IMG/VR virus record: IMGVR_UViG_3300042534_000747
DNA from: a virus
Reading direction: 5' to 3' (one strand)
DNA: 64,000 nt
A program made the translations under genes and the position numbers. The notes beneath the pieces are model-generated. The model was not told the origin of the DNA. It worked only from the letters and a program-made list of their open reading frames with translations, and made no database searches. Below are positions 19,739 to 29,301 of this stretch, one piece after another (position 1 is the stretch's first letter; the number at the start of each line of letters is the position of its first letter).

Positions 19739-21391
19739 TTATTGATAAATACTCTTAAATTTATTATATTTAACAATTAATTCATCTGATGTTGTCAATT
19801 CATTGCCTTTTATGGTAGTGATATTGTCAGTTGAATCCATTACAAAAAGAGTTAATATTCCATCAATTTTCTTTACAATGTAAGTTTCTTCTAATTCTTC
19901 AATTCCATTATTAATTATAACATCTTCCTTCATTTCAATAATTTTAGAACTTATTGTTTCATACATTTCTTCAACTACATTTTTATCTTCTTCAATAGGT
20001 TCAATGATTTTTTCTTCAATAGGTTCAGGTTCTTCTATTGGTTCAGGTTCTTTGATAGGTTCAATAATTTCTTCTTCATCTAATTCTGATATATCAGGTA
20101 ATATTGGAACATTTGAAGATATTTCAGGTGTTTCCTGATGTGGCATTTTTAAAATTATTGAAGGTAAATCATTATCATATGCCATCAAAATTACATTTTT
20201 TATAGTTTTAATGTTTTCAATTTTAATAATAGTTTCAATATTATTGTTTGTGAATTCATTGAATTGAGATTGAAGCAGTATTATATCATCAAATTCTAAT
20301 TCATCTGTAAATGAATCTGTAAATGGAGATGCAATTAAAGATGTAATTTGTGAATTAATGGGTGATGAATTAGGAAATATTGTAGTTAATTTGGAATCTT
20401 TAAATTTATTGAATGGTTTAGCTCTTCCATCAATTCTACAAGATTCTCTCCATGCTAAATCATTAATAAATTTAGATATATTCTTTAATGTTGCAACTAC
20501 ATCATTTTTAGATTTCAATTCTAATTGATTCAAAACTTCATTAATTCCTATAATATTTAGATAAATAGGTAATGTGTTTTGCATATTCTCTTCTATTTCA
20601 GATGTAGGATAATGCAAATTTTGAGCATACCATTTTAACATTTGAACTGATGTTTCAACATATTCTCTAAGTATTTTATAGTCAAAACTATTATCTTCAT
20701 TGATTATTGAACTGATATTCAAATGTCCTGAAATAATAGATGAATTTTGATTAAAAAAATATCCATCATATGAAGGTATTACTATTTCATTTTCAAATGG
20801 ATGATATGCTTTTAAAATATCTTCAAAATAACAATTTATGTTAATGGGTGAATTAGATAAAGCATCAACTAAATCCTTTGAATTTAATATTTTCTTAACA
20901 CCTTCTTTAGTGTTAGTTGTATTGAAAGTACTATCTTTTTTGATGGCAATAGTTGTTTGTTCTGTGAATAAAATTGCCTTTTTATAATCAGTAGAATCAA
21001 GATTTATGAATTTTATAATATCTGGATTATCTGATTTCATTACAAATTGGTAATATTCTTCTTTAAATGCAATTTCAGATAAAGATGCAATTTTATTTAT
21101 AAAAGAAATATTATCTATGAGAATTGATAATTTACATCCAGTTACTTTTCTAAATAAATTCATATTTTGGTTATAATCTTCTTCAGTAAGAATATATGAA
21201 TTTGGAATTCCATCTACTGCATATGAATTAGGTATGAATATTCCATTTTTTATAATGCTATAAAATTCTTCTTTTTTATCAATGCTTACAATGATAGTTT
21301 CAGCAACTTTATTAGAAAAATCATCCCAACGTTCAATCTTATTAATTTCTGAATATGTATCTATTAATTTTTTAGTATATTCATTCATCAT
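19739..21391 (-). CDS. Catalytically inactive ribonucleotide-reductase-fold protein with acidic PE-rich linker
   Basis: Colinear RNR motifs (ERWDDF..VA, FIPNS, GHLNI, FDYKILREYV..V.ML, HYPTSEIEE, LNIIGI, LTTIFP) but no NPCGE and no catalytic Cys. Confidence 0.75.
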   Translation of the reverse strand: MMNEYTKKLIDTYSEINKIERWDDFSNKVAETIIVSIDKKEEFYSIIKNGIFIPNSYAVDGIPNSYILTEEDYNQNMNLFRKVTGCKLSILIDNISFINKIASLSEIAFKEEYYQFVMKSDNPDIIKFINLDSTDYKKAILFTEQTTIAIKKDSTFNTTNTKEGVKKILNSKDLVDALSNSPININCYFEDILKAYHPFENEIVIPSYDGYFFNQNSSIISGHLNISSIINEDNSFDYKILREYVETSVQMLKWYAQNLHYPTSEIEENMQNTLPIYLNIIGINEVLNQLELKSKNDVVATLKNISKFINDLAWRESCRIDGRAKPFNKFKDSKLTTIFPNSSPINSQITSLIASPFTDSFTDELEFDDIILLQSQFNEFTNNNIETIIKIENIKTIKNVILMAYDNDLPSIILKMPHQETPEISSNVPILPDISELDEEEIIEPIKEPEPIEEPEPIEEKIIEPIEEDKNVVEEMYETISSKIIEMKEDVIINNGIEELEETYIVKKIDGILTLFVMDSTDNITTIKGNELTTSDELIVKYNKFKSIYQ

Positions 21392-21544
21392 TTCATTTCC
21401 TATTTTTTGATACAGAACAAATAATGGCTTTTATTATATATAAGTCAATTGGTTGAATGGGTATTATTTTACTGAAATTTAATAAACTTTATATAATATG
21501 AGTGACATTCGTTGAACAATATTATAAACTAGAGGCATATATTA

Positions 21545-22156
21545 ATGATTAAAAATAGTTATATTCAAAAAATTACAAAATGTATAAGTTTAATATTTGT
21601 TATTTTGTCAATATTATTAACTATTCCAATTGTTGCATATGGTTTTGAAATACCTTACACCTATGTAAATGCAGTTGGTGAAAAAATTGTATTGATAGAT
21701 AATGAATCTGCTACAAATCCAACATATGATGAATTAGTTGAATTTATTCATGAAGATGAAACTGATAAAATATTATATGTTTATGATGAATATATGTGTG
21801 CAGATTTTGCAAAAGAATTACATGATAATGCTGAAGAAAAAGGAATTAGAGCAGGTTTTGTATTTATAGGATTTGAAAATAAAATAATAGGACATGCAAT
21901 CAATTGTTTTAATACTAGTGATAGAGGTTTAGTGTTTGTAGATTGTTGTGGTACTACTGAAATTGTAATTAATGATAACTATGATAAAATTGCATATGTT
22001 GAACTTGGTAAAGAATATGGAATGGTTTCAATGCAATATACCAATGATACTAGTTATGAATATTATGATTTAAGAAAAGATTTTAAAAGTGATAGAAAAG
22101 GATTTTTTGAAACTTTTGGAAATGTAAAAAATATAAGAATTTTTTGGGAAATGTAA
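21545..22156 (+). CDS. Membrane-anchored transglutaminase-like cysteine peptidase
   Basis: NPTYDEL..FI...CADFA...GHAINCF...VFVD; paralog of 3592..4185. Confidence 0.65.
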   Translation: MIKNSYIQKITKCISLIFVILSILLTIPIVAYGFEIPYTYVNAVGEKIVLIDNESATNPTYDELVEFIHEDETDKILYVYDEYMCADFAKELHDNAEEKGIRAGFVFIGFENKIIGHAINCFNTSDRGLVFVDCCGTTEIVINDNYDKIAYVELGKEYGMVSMQYTNDTSYEYYDLRKDFKSDRKGFFETFGNVKNIRIFWEM

Positions 22157-22420
22157 TTATTTTGCTTTTTTAAATGTAAATGTTTTTCCTGAAATTTCAA
22201 TTAATCTCCATCCTATTAAGAATAATACCATACTTGCAATCCATAATGCAATGAATGCATATCCCATTGATTCAGATGTGATTTCACCAAAGAAAAGTGT
22301 AGCAATTGAAGTAGAAAGAATATCAGAAGGAAAGGGATTTACCCATGAAATAGCACAAAATACTATAAAGTATCCTGCTTTAGCATATTGAGTTTTTGTA
22401 AATTTTTTATTTAAATTCAT
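22157..22420 (-). CDS. Small 2-TM membrane protein
   Basis: 87 aa, two hydrophobic segments, basic termini. Confidence 0.75.
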   Translation of the reverse strand: MNLNKKFTKTQYAKAGYFIVFCAISWVNPFPSDILSTSIATLFFGEITSESMGYAFIALWIASMVLFLIGWRLIEISGKTFTFKKAK

Positions 22421-22455
22421 ATTATCATTTCAAAATAATTAGGGTTAATCCCTAA

Positions 22456-22680
22456 TTACTTTTTAAACATACCTTCAACAAATTCTCCACCAATCTGACC
22501 AACTAGAACTACAACAGAAACAATTGCGTATCCTAATGGCTCTGCACTCTCTACAAGACCTGCCATAGAACCTAAAAATAGACCTGCTGCACCTGCAATA
22601 ACTATGATTGCACCCTTTACAACATCTCCTGTACCAATCTTGCCATTTCCATCAAAGTCTACTGATTTACCTTTTGCCAT
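22456..22680 (-). CDS. Small Gly-rich 2-TM protein (pilin, capsid or holin-like)
   Basis: 74 aa from MAKGK after AGGTGA RBS; DFDGNGKIGTGD leader then two Gly/Ala/Val helices. Confidence 0.75.
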   Translation of the reverse strand: MAKGKSVDFDGNGKIGTGDVVKGAIIVIAGAAGLFLGSMAGLVESAEPLGYAIVSVVVLVGQIGGEFVEGMFKK

Positions 22681-22742
22681 AATTTTTTCACCTTTTATTT
22701 TTATTTTTTTTGTTATGCATAACATGAAGTTATGATTGTGAT

Positions 22743-22910
22743 TTATTTCATATTGAATGGGTTTACTAATGTTACTATTGAAGTCAAACCACCTAATATG
22801 AATACTAGAGAATACTTAGTATAATCTATTTCAAATACTGCAATTAATAATGTTCCTATACAAAGGACAAGCAATGATTTCAATAAATCTGAACTTTTTA
22901 CATCCACCAT
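22743..22910 (-). CDS. Small 2-TM protein (not in ORF track)
   Basis: 55 aa MVDVKSSDLLKSLLVLCIGTLLIAVF...LVNPFNMK, overlaps upstream stop. Confidence 0.65.
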   Translation of the reverse strand: MVDVKSSDLLKSLLVLCIGTLLIAVFEIDYTKYSLVFILGGLTSIVTLVNPFNMK

Positions 22911-23350
22911 GCACTCATACTTCCTTTCACTGCATTACTCAATTCGCTTTCTATTAAAGTTGTAATATTATCATTGAAATTGTATTTTGTATAAAGCATT
23001 AATAATTTTATTTTATCTAAAATTCCTAATTTACCATTGTCACAAAATGAATCAATTAAATTATTTAATGTTTTAATATCATTTTCATTCGTTTGAATAA
23101 TATAATTGGGATTTTCAGTTGCACCTTCCGTTATACTTGAAGAATTTTCTCTCAGCAATACAATGTATTGTTCTTCTTCTATATAAACTTGTAGGTCAAT
23201 ATGAAAATCTGTAAAATATCCTAAATCTTGGATTTTATTCATATTTAATTCTAATTTTTGCATTTCATCTGATGCATTTGCTGAACATGTAGGAATAAAT
23301 ATCATTAATAAAAATGAAAGTAATAATATTTTTTTAATGTAATACATCAT
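22898..23350 (-). CDS. Secreted protein, possible SCP2-like lipid-binding fold
   Basis: Signal peptide (CSA-NA); ITEGATENPNYIIQTNENDI...GKL pattern; GGAGAG RBS. Confidence 0.4.
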   Translation of the reverse strand: MMYYIKKILLLSFLLMIFIPTCSANASDEMQKLELNMNKIQDLGYFTDFHIDLQVYIEEEQYIVLLRENSSSITEGATENPNYIIQTNENDIKTLNNLIDSFCDNGKLGILDKIKLLMLYTKYNFNDNITTLIESELSNAVKGSMSAWWM

Positions 23351-23999
23351 ATGCTCTCCTTTTTGTATCTTTTTCATCTGTATCAAACATTATGTAAATG
23401 ACTGTGCCAAATCCAATGAAGCTTAATAACATCATTCCATACGCAATTAAATATGATGATAATACAAATATTGAAATAGTTAAATCTAAACCAAATAAAT
23501 TAATAAATGCATTTGTTATCGATTGACCTAAACTTATAGGATTATCAAAGAATATTAATGAATTTGAACTTGTCAACATTACATCAAGTGCATTTTGACC
23601 ATCTGAACTTACAATTAATGGAACAAATGAAGCAATATTTAAAAATAAAATTACAATAGCCCAAATTCCAATTAATCTTTTTGGATATAACATTACTGCA
23701 ATTATACTAGTTGAACATAAAATCAAAGGAGGTGCTATATAATAAATCCATAATTTTAATGGTTCGTTTGAATAGGCATCCATCACTGTATAACCAGTCA
23801 TAATACCAATGTACATATCTACAAAATTCCATCCAAATAATAATCCTGTTATTGAATGAATCATTTCGTGTAAAATTGTAAGAGTGGTCATTAATAATAT
23901 TACAATGGATACAATCATGGGATAAACAGAACTATCTATTGTTGATTTTGGCTTTTTTTGAAATGATTTTTTATTAAATATCGTTTTTATTTGATTCAT
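23334..23999 (-). CDS. M50 (site-2 protease-like) membrane metallopeptidase
   Basis: HEMIH in a TM segment, downstream VPL...SDG, several TM helices. Confidence 0.75.
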   Translation of the reverse strand: MNQIKTIFNKKSFQKKPKSTIDSSVYPMIVSIVILLMTTLTILHEMIHSITGLLFGWNFVDMYIGIMTGYTVMDAYSNEPLKLWIYYIAPPLILCSTSIIAVMLYPKRLIGIWAIVILFLNIASFVPLIVSSDGQNALDVMLTSSNSLIFFDNPISLGQSITNAFINLFGLDLTISIFVLSSYLIAYGMMLLSFIGFGTVIYIMFDTDEKDTKRRAYDVLH

Positions 24000-24550
24000 T
24001 CAATTACACCTACGTCAACTATTATATTTTCAAATTTTCCAATTGCATATAATGTTAAAATATTATTATCTTTTTCCAATTTGTAAATATTAATATTGTC
24101 TGTGAAATACATAGAACTTCTATCAATTAATTTGAATTTATATGATAAACTTTCTGATGTATACTTATAAAAATCATCCTTTATATAGTTTATTGTAATA
24201 GTTGTTTCAGAATTATTTATTGTTATTAAATCATTATTGCTAGTGCATAATTCTGTTTTATTAAAAATTTCAAATGCATTACCATTGAAAGTATATTTAG
24301 CTCTATATCCATTTTGTGTAGATTCAATTACATTTACAATATTATGATTTTCAGTAATGATAGAATTATCTACATTTAAATTTGAATATGATATTTCATT
24401 ACCATTTGCAAAAATAAAAGATTCATTGTCTAAATAAATATTTTGAGAATATGTATTTAAATTTGAAACTATTATCATTGAAAGAATAAAAAATGAAAAA
24501 ATAATTAATACAGTTTTAAATAATTTATTAATCATTAATTCAACTCCCAA
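23996..24550 (-). CDS. Membrane-anchored hypothetical protein
   Basis: N-terminal TM, N-rich ectodomain. Confidence 0.7.
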   Translation of the reverse strand: MGVELMINKLFKTVLIIFSFFILSMIIVSNLNTYSQNIYLDNESFIFANGNEISYSNLNVDNSIITENHNIVNVIESTQNGYRAKYTFNGNAFEIFNKTELCTSNNDLITINNSETTITINYIKDDFYKYTSESLSYKFKLIDRSSMYFTDNINIYKLEKDNNILTLYAIGKFENIIVDVGVIE

Positions 24551-25347
24551 TTCAAAGTTTTATTAATTTCTTTTTCACTATGATGATTATATAAAAATAA
24601 TGCAGATACTAACATGTAAAATATTGCAATTTTTATAGGGCTAAATCCTGCACTCACTAACATAATAAATACATTTGTAAGTCCATGTGCAATTATTGGA
24701 GCTAATAAATTTTGTGTTAAAGCTAAAATTATTACAAATATTATTCCCCATAAAATTAATACTAAATACATGCTGAAAGGAGTTCCTGATTTTACCCAGT
24801 TGAAATAATGGTATCCAGACCATACACATATAGCTAAGAAGAATGCTATAATTGCATTTTTTGTAAATTGCATAAACATTGCAGGTAATAATGCTCTGAA
24901 TCCAGATTCTTCAGCAACTCCTACAATGAATATTTGAGCAATTAAACTAATAATTAATATAAAACCTGCATTTGCAAAAATAGTACCTGTGACTAATGAT
25001 TCTAATCCATTAACATTAGGAGTGATTAAAGATGCATTTTCAAAGAAATTTAATGACATTAAAATCGAACCTAATCCAATACATGAAAGTGATGTAAGTA
25101 TTCCTATTGGAATTACATATGATAAATTTTGAGTCCCCCAATGCATAGTTTTTAAATTCTTTTCAGCACTACCTTTATCTTGTAATGCTCCCCAAATTAA
25201 ATATGTCATTGTCATAAGGGCATATAAGAAATACATTGAATCATCAGTATGTAAAGCATAAGCTAATGTTATAAATATGGAAAAAATTAAAATGGCAATT
25301 ACTTTGCCACTCATTGTAGATTTAACATTTAAAGTTTTTTGTAACAT
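24535..25347 (-). CDS. CPBP (CAAX/Abi-like) intramembrane glutamic endopeptidase
   Basis: AEESGFR, W..YH and HGLTN motifs; about 8 TM segments. Confidence 0.88.
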   Translation of the reverse strand: MLQKTLNVKSTMSGKVIAILIFSIFITLAYALHTDDSMYFLYALMTMTYLIWGALQDKGSAEKNLKTMHWGTQNLSYVIPIGILTSLSCIGLGSILMSLNFFENASLITPNVNGLESLVTGTIFANAGFILIISLIAQIFIVGVAEESGFRALLPAMFMQFTKNAIIAFFLAICVWSGYHYFNWVKSGTPFSMYLVLILWGIIFVIILALTQNLLAPIIAHGLTNVFIMLVSAGFSPIKIAIFYMLVSALFLYNHHSEKEINKTLNWELN

Positions 25348-27204
25348 CTACTTCTTCCCACCCTTTTTCTTGCCTAACTTTGTGTAACCTATATATCCAA
25401 TAGCAGTGAATGCTAAAATTGTCATGATATAAAGTAACCAATTTGTACTATCACTTGCAGAATCTATAAGTCCTGATATATATTCAGTTTCATATTCAAG
25501 GAAATAACTTGTTTGACCTTCAACTACATTGATTTCAGTAGTGACAGGTATGAATCCATCCTGTGCATATCCTTTAATTGCAACTGTGCCTATATTGACG
25601 TATCCAGTCCAATTTCCTGCCTGTGTATCATCATTTTCTAATACTGTGATTAACATATCAGGTAATTTATTATTGCCATTTACAGCAGTTATTGAAATGT
25701 ATTGTCTTTCTTCTTTTGGAATTGTTTTTGAATTTGTTAATATGAATGAATAATCTAATTCATTGTATAATCCAGTAGAACCTTCTACACAAACTGTAAC
25801 AGATTGAAGCAATTCATCTTCTATAATATCATTACCAACTAATGAAAATTCTACAACTTCAGTTTCACCAGATGCAATGAATATTTCCTGTTTAGTATCT
25901 CCAAATGATACTGATTCAGTTTCACCATGTTCTAACCATGCTACTACCTTTCCACTATTTCCATTATTTTTGATAGTTGCTTCTAATACTGTTGCACCAT
26001 CTGAATATAAATCAGTGACTAAATTAATGTCTATGATTTCAGGATTTGTAGTTGAAAATATTTCTTCTACATTACCGTAATCTGAAGGGATATACCATGT
26101 TCCTATAATAGACATATCAGTAACATATAAAAGTTCAGAATCACTTATCAAATTATAATTTTCAATATCATTAATTCCATCATATTCAAATGTTTTAAAT
26201 GTTGCAACTTCTGCATCTGTAGTTGGTATAAATCCATATTTTTTATAACTGTTTTGAGAGAATTTTTCATTGCATAATCTATCTAATGTTATTGTTTGTG
26301 GTAATAAGTCTACATCTTTAGAATTTGATGTTCCATCATTATTCCAATCAATTGTTTTTGCATATTGACTTAATGCATAATTGAATGCAACTATGTGATT
26401 ATTTGCATCAAGTGCATAATTTCCATAAACACCATCTCCATATTTCATTCCACCTAATACTTCATCTGGTGTGTAATCAGAAGTATCCATGAAGAATAAT
26501 CCATTAGAACGTTTGAATATTGATAGGTCTTTTAATGTAGGTGCAGTTGATGTACTACGTGTATTAAGTAATCCCTGCTCAACATAATAGATAGTAGGAC
26601 TAGTACCTTCAACTTTGTACAGAATTTGACTATTCTTTACATCAGTTGTTAAATATGTAGCAGTATATGTCTTTTCACCATCATCAGTTTTAATTGTTAC
26701 AGTAGGCTTGTAATCAGCTACATAATTCCAATTTGCAGAGTCTAATTTATAATAAGATGCTCCTACATTTGAGTATTCAGCATCTATACTTGAAAATATT
26801 CCACTTACTGCAACTTTTGAAACATATGGTATAGTTGTTTGTTTCACTACATTTGTAACATATCCTATTGAATTAGGTTGGAATTTTAATGCGTATTCAG
26901 TTTCTATTGAACCTTTTACATTTGTTCCATCAGATGTGACACCTGAATCAAAATCTTTTGAACCTGAACCTAAATCAAGAGTTTGTTCTGTTGTTTTTGA
27001 TATATAATTTGAAATTGGTATTTCAGATTCTACTACTGAAAGTTGGTAATAGGTCATTTCACCTTCACCTAAATTTATTGTAGCAATAACTTCATCGTTT
27101 GATAACATTGAAGCTGTTGAAATATCATTATTTGTATAAGAAATAAATCCAATACAAAATAATAAAATTAAAAATGCTGCAATTATATTATTTTTTTTAG
27201 TCAT
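25348..27204 (-). CDS. Large surface protein with N- and C-terminal TM segments and CARDB/Ig-like domain
   Basis: 618 aa; TLEATIKNNG...IASGETEVVEF; C-terminal TM plus KKKGGKK. Confidence 0.7.
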   Translation of the reverse strand: MTKKNNIIAAFLILLFCIGFISYTNNDISTASMLSNDEVIATINLGEGEMTYYQLSVVESEIPISNYISKTTEQTLDLGSGSKDFDSGVTSDGTNVKGSIETEYALKFQPNSIGYVTNVVKQTTIPYVSKVAVSGIFSSIDAEYSNVGASYYKLDSANWNYVADYKPTVTIKTDDGEKTYTATYLTTDVKNSQILYKVEGTSPTIYYVEQGLLNTRSTSTAPTLKDLSIFKRSNGLFFMDTSDYTPDEVLGGMKYGDGVYGNYALDANNHIVAFNYALSQYAKTIDWNNDGTSNSKDVDLLPQTITLDRLCNEKFSQNSYKKYGFIPTTDAEVATFKTFEYDGINDIENYNLISDSELLYVTDMSIIGTWYIPSDYGNVEEIFSTTNPEIIDINLVTDLYSDGATVLEATIKNNGNSGKVVAWLEHGETESVSFGDTKQEIFIASGETEVVEFSLVGNDIIEDELLQSVTVCVEGSTGLYNELDYSFILTNSKTIPKEERQYISITAVNGNNKLPDMLITVLENDDTQAGNWTGYVNIGTVAIKGYAQDGFIPVTTEINVVEGQTSYFLEYETEYISGLIDSASDSTNWLLYIMTILAFTAIGYIGYTKLGKKKGGKK

Positions 27205-27616
27205 AAATTATTATCTCCTTAACATCTTTTATTGCAGAATTTTCAAGTAATGTTATTGTTACTGTTGATGCATCTGAAGGCACATCTTTTATTTTAAGTG
27301 TAAAAGTTTCACTTGTAGTTCTTGTTATTTCACCTACATTTGAAATTGCTCTTTTCCCATTACATTCAGCAACAATTTCTAAATTTCCACTTGTAGTAAT
27401 ACCTATTACATCATCTAAAATTCCACCAGTAGAAAGGATTGTGTGAGCAGAGCTAGATGCTATTCCAGATACAATATATGCATCTGCAATTAGTGGTTTA
27501 TGTATTGTGACATCTATAGATATATCTTTATTTGAATTAATTGGAATAATAAATAACAATACTATAATAGCAATTGCTGAAACTGCTCCAATTAAATATT
27601 TTTGTTCCTTATTCAT
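27197..27616 (-). CDS. Membrane-anchored small beta-rich protein
   Basis: 139 aa, N-terminal TM. Confidence 0.75.
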   Translation of the reverse strand: MNKEQKYLIGAVSAIAIIVLLFIIPINSNKDISIDVTIHKPLIADAYIVSGIASSSAHTILSTGGILDDVIGITTSGNLEIVAECNGKRAISNVGEITRTTSETFTLKIKDVPSDASTVTITLLENSAIKDVKEIIIYD

Positions 27617-27663
27617 TTTAACCTTCCTTCAGGTTCTAAAATGTGGATAATTTTCATATTCAT
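27613..27663 (-). CDS. Candidate 16-aa micro-ORF
   Basis: MNMKIIHILEPEGRLK; GAGGT RBS; ATGA overlap with 27197..27616. Confidence 0.35.
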   Translation of the reverse strand: MNMKIIHILEPEGRLK

Positions 27664-27804
27664 TTAAATAACCTCATAACTTTTTAAATTATAGATTAAA
27701 ATATAATTTACAAGTATATAAAGGTTGTCTGATAAAATGTTAATTAAAAAAAGAATGTAAAATATTAAAAAAAGAATTAAAAAAATAAATAGGTGTTAAC
27801 CTAT

Positions 27805-28965
27805 TTAAACGTAGTTAAAGCCCTGTGTTCCTGCATCAAGGATACTGATTTCAAAGTCAACAGTTTCAAGAACTTCATTCTTTAATACATTTCCTGCAAC
27901 TACATATACTAAGATATTACCTTCATCTACGGTAACAGCAGTCATATCAGCATCATATGTTACTCTGCATGGAATGATTGAATCATCAAGGTCTTTTGCT
28001 CTGGAAAGTTCTGTGTAGTATACACCATTGCTGATTTCACATACATACATTGTTCCTACTGCTGTAGGTGCATTGTCAATGATTGCATCTTCTAAATCAC
28101 TGTTTGCATTTTCAAAGTCAGCAAGCTCTTCAAAGTCTAATACAGTTCCACCAAGTTTAACTTCTGTAAGTGTAACATCTGCAACATTTGCAACATCATC
28201 AATTACATCAAGGTAAATTACTGCATTCTTAACTGTCTGGTATTCATCTGCAACACCAATACCGAATGTAACGGATGCATCTTCAAGGTCAGAATTATCA
28301 GATGTTTTTACATATGCATCTATTTCATCAGTTCCATCATAGAATCCAACAGTTCCACGTTCTGTAAGTGTGATTGAAGAACCAACAGTTGCACCATCAT
28401 TGTTTGCGGATACAATCTTTACATATTCTACACCATCAATGCTGTAACCTTCTACAATGAATGTTCCAATCATAGTGTTAAAGGTATTTGTACCACTAAC
28501 AGTTGCTTCATCGAAAATTACAATTCCGTACTGTTCTCCACCATTTGCTGCAACATCACCAAGTATATCATCAATTGTGACAAGTCCATCACCATCAGGG
28601 GATACACCTGTTGCAAATGAACCTGCTGTCATAGGGTCTACAATACCATCATTGTTGATAGCATCAATTACTTGTGCTTCAGAGGTATAGAAGTTAGGTT
28701 TTGTAACATATACATCTACAGTTGTTGATTCTCCACTTGTGATTAAAGTCTTTCCATCAGCATTATAGAGTTTGAATGATACATCTCCACTATATTCACT
28801 AAGTAATCCAGATGTTTTTGTAGTTGAGTCGTCTGTTCCTGTACTTGCACTAGGGGTATCTCCACCGACACCTGCTAAAGCTGCTACAACAACAACACCA
28901 ATTATGAGTAATAATATACCAATAACAGGGGTTACTGCTCTTTCATTTTTCTTAAAACTTTTCAT
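27805..28965 (-). CDS. Acidic structural protein with class III (archaeal type IV pilin-like) signal peptide
   Basis: MKSFKKNERA|VTPVIGILLLIIGVVVVAALAG, Ser/Thr linker, then about 340 aa D/E/T/V-rich domain. Confidence 0.75.
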   Translation of the reverse strand: MKSFKKNERAVTPVIGILLLIIGVVVVAALAGVGGDTPSASTGTDDSTTKTSGLLSEYSGDVSFKLYNADGKTLITSGESTTVDVYVTKPNFYTSEAQVIDAINNDGIVDPMTAGSFATGVSPDGDGLVTIDDILGDVAANGGEQYGIVIFDEATVSGTNTFNTMIGTFIVEGYSIDGVEYVKIVSANNDGATVGSSITLTERGTVGFYDGTDEIDAYVKTSDNSDLEDASVTFGIGVADEYQTVKNAVIYLDVIDDVANVADVTLTEVKLGGTVLDFEELADFENANSDLEDAIIDNAPTAVGTMYVCEISNGVYYTELSRAKDLDDSIIPCRVTYDADMTAVTVDEGNILVYVVAGNVLKNEVLETVDFEISILDAGTQGFNYV

Positions 28966-29214
28966 TTTAATTTTCCTGATTTTTATATTTCTAGTTTGTT
29001 CTATATATAGTTTGAAATATATTTTTTTCAAAATATAATCTTACAATACAGTGAATGTAACTCATAGTATATAAAGATATAGGGTTTTACGAGATTTGGA
29101 AAATGTTATCAGTAGACATTGCAAAAATTACGAGTTCTCGATAATCTAGACATATAATATGATTTGATGAAAAAATCAAAATAATAAATTTCAAAAAATG
29201 TTAAAAAGAATTTT

Positions 29215-29288
29215 TGTTAATCATATCGAAATCTCGAAACGATAACAGGATGCTTAAAAGATAAATGTTAATCATATCGAAATCTCGA
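29215..29288. repeat. Perfect 23-bp direct repeat (operator/iteron-like)
   Basis: TGTTAATCATATCGAAATCTCGA at 29215-29237 and 29266-29288. Confidence 0.9.
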
Positions 29289-29301
29289 TAATTGAGTAAC
29301 A

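Noticed and set aside
20010-20085. PEPIEE coding repeats as a DNA repeat element
   Set aside because: Degenerate at the nucleotide level; treated as a linker of the inactive RNR protein
29215-29288. Two 23-bp repeats with a 28-nt spacer as a mini-CRISPR array (the first copy ends ...GAAAC)
   Set aside because: Only two units, the GAAAC end is not shared, the spacer is short, there is no leader or cas gene, and related half-sites nearby fit an operator cluster better
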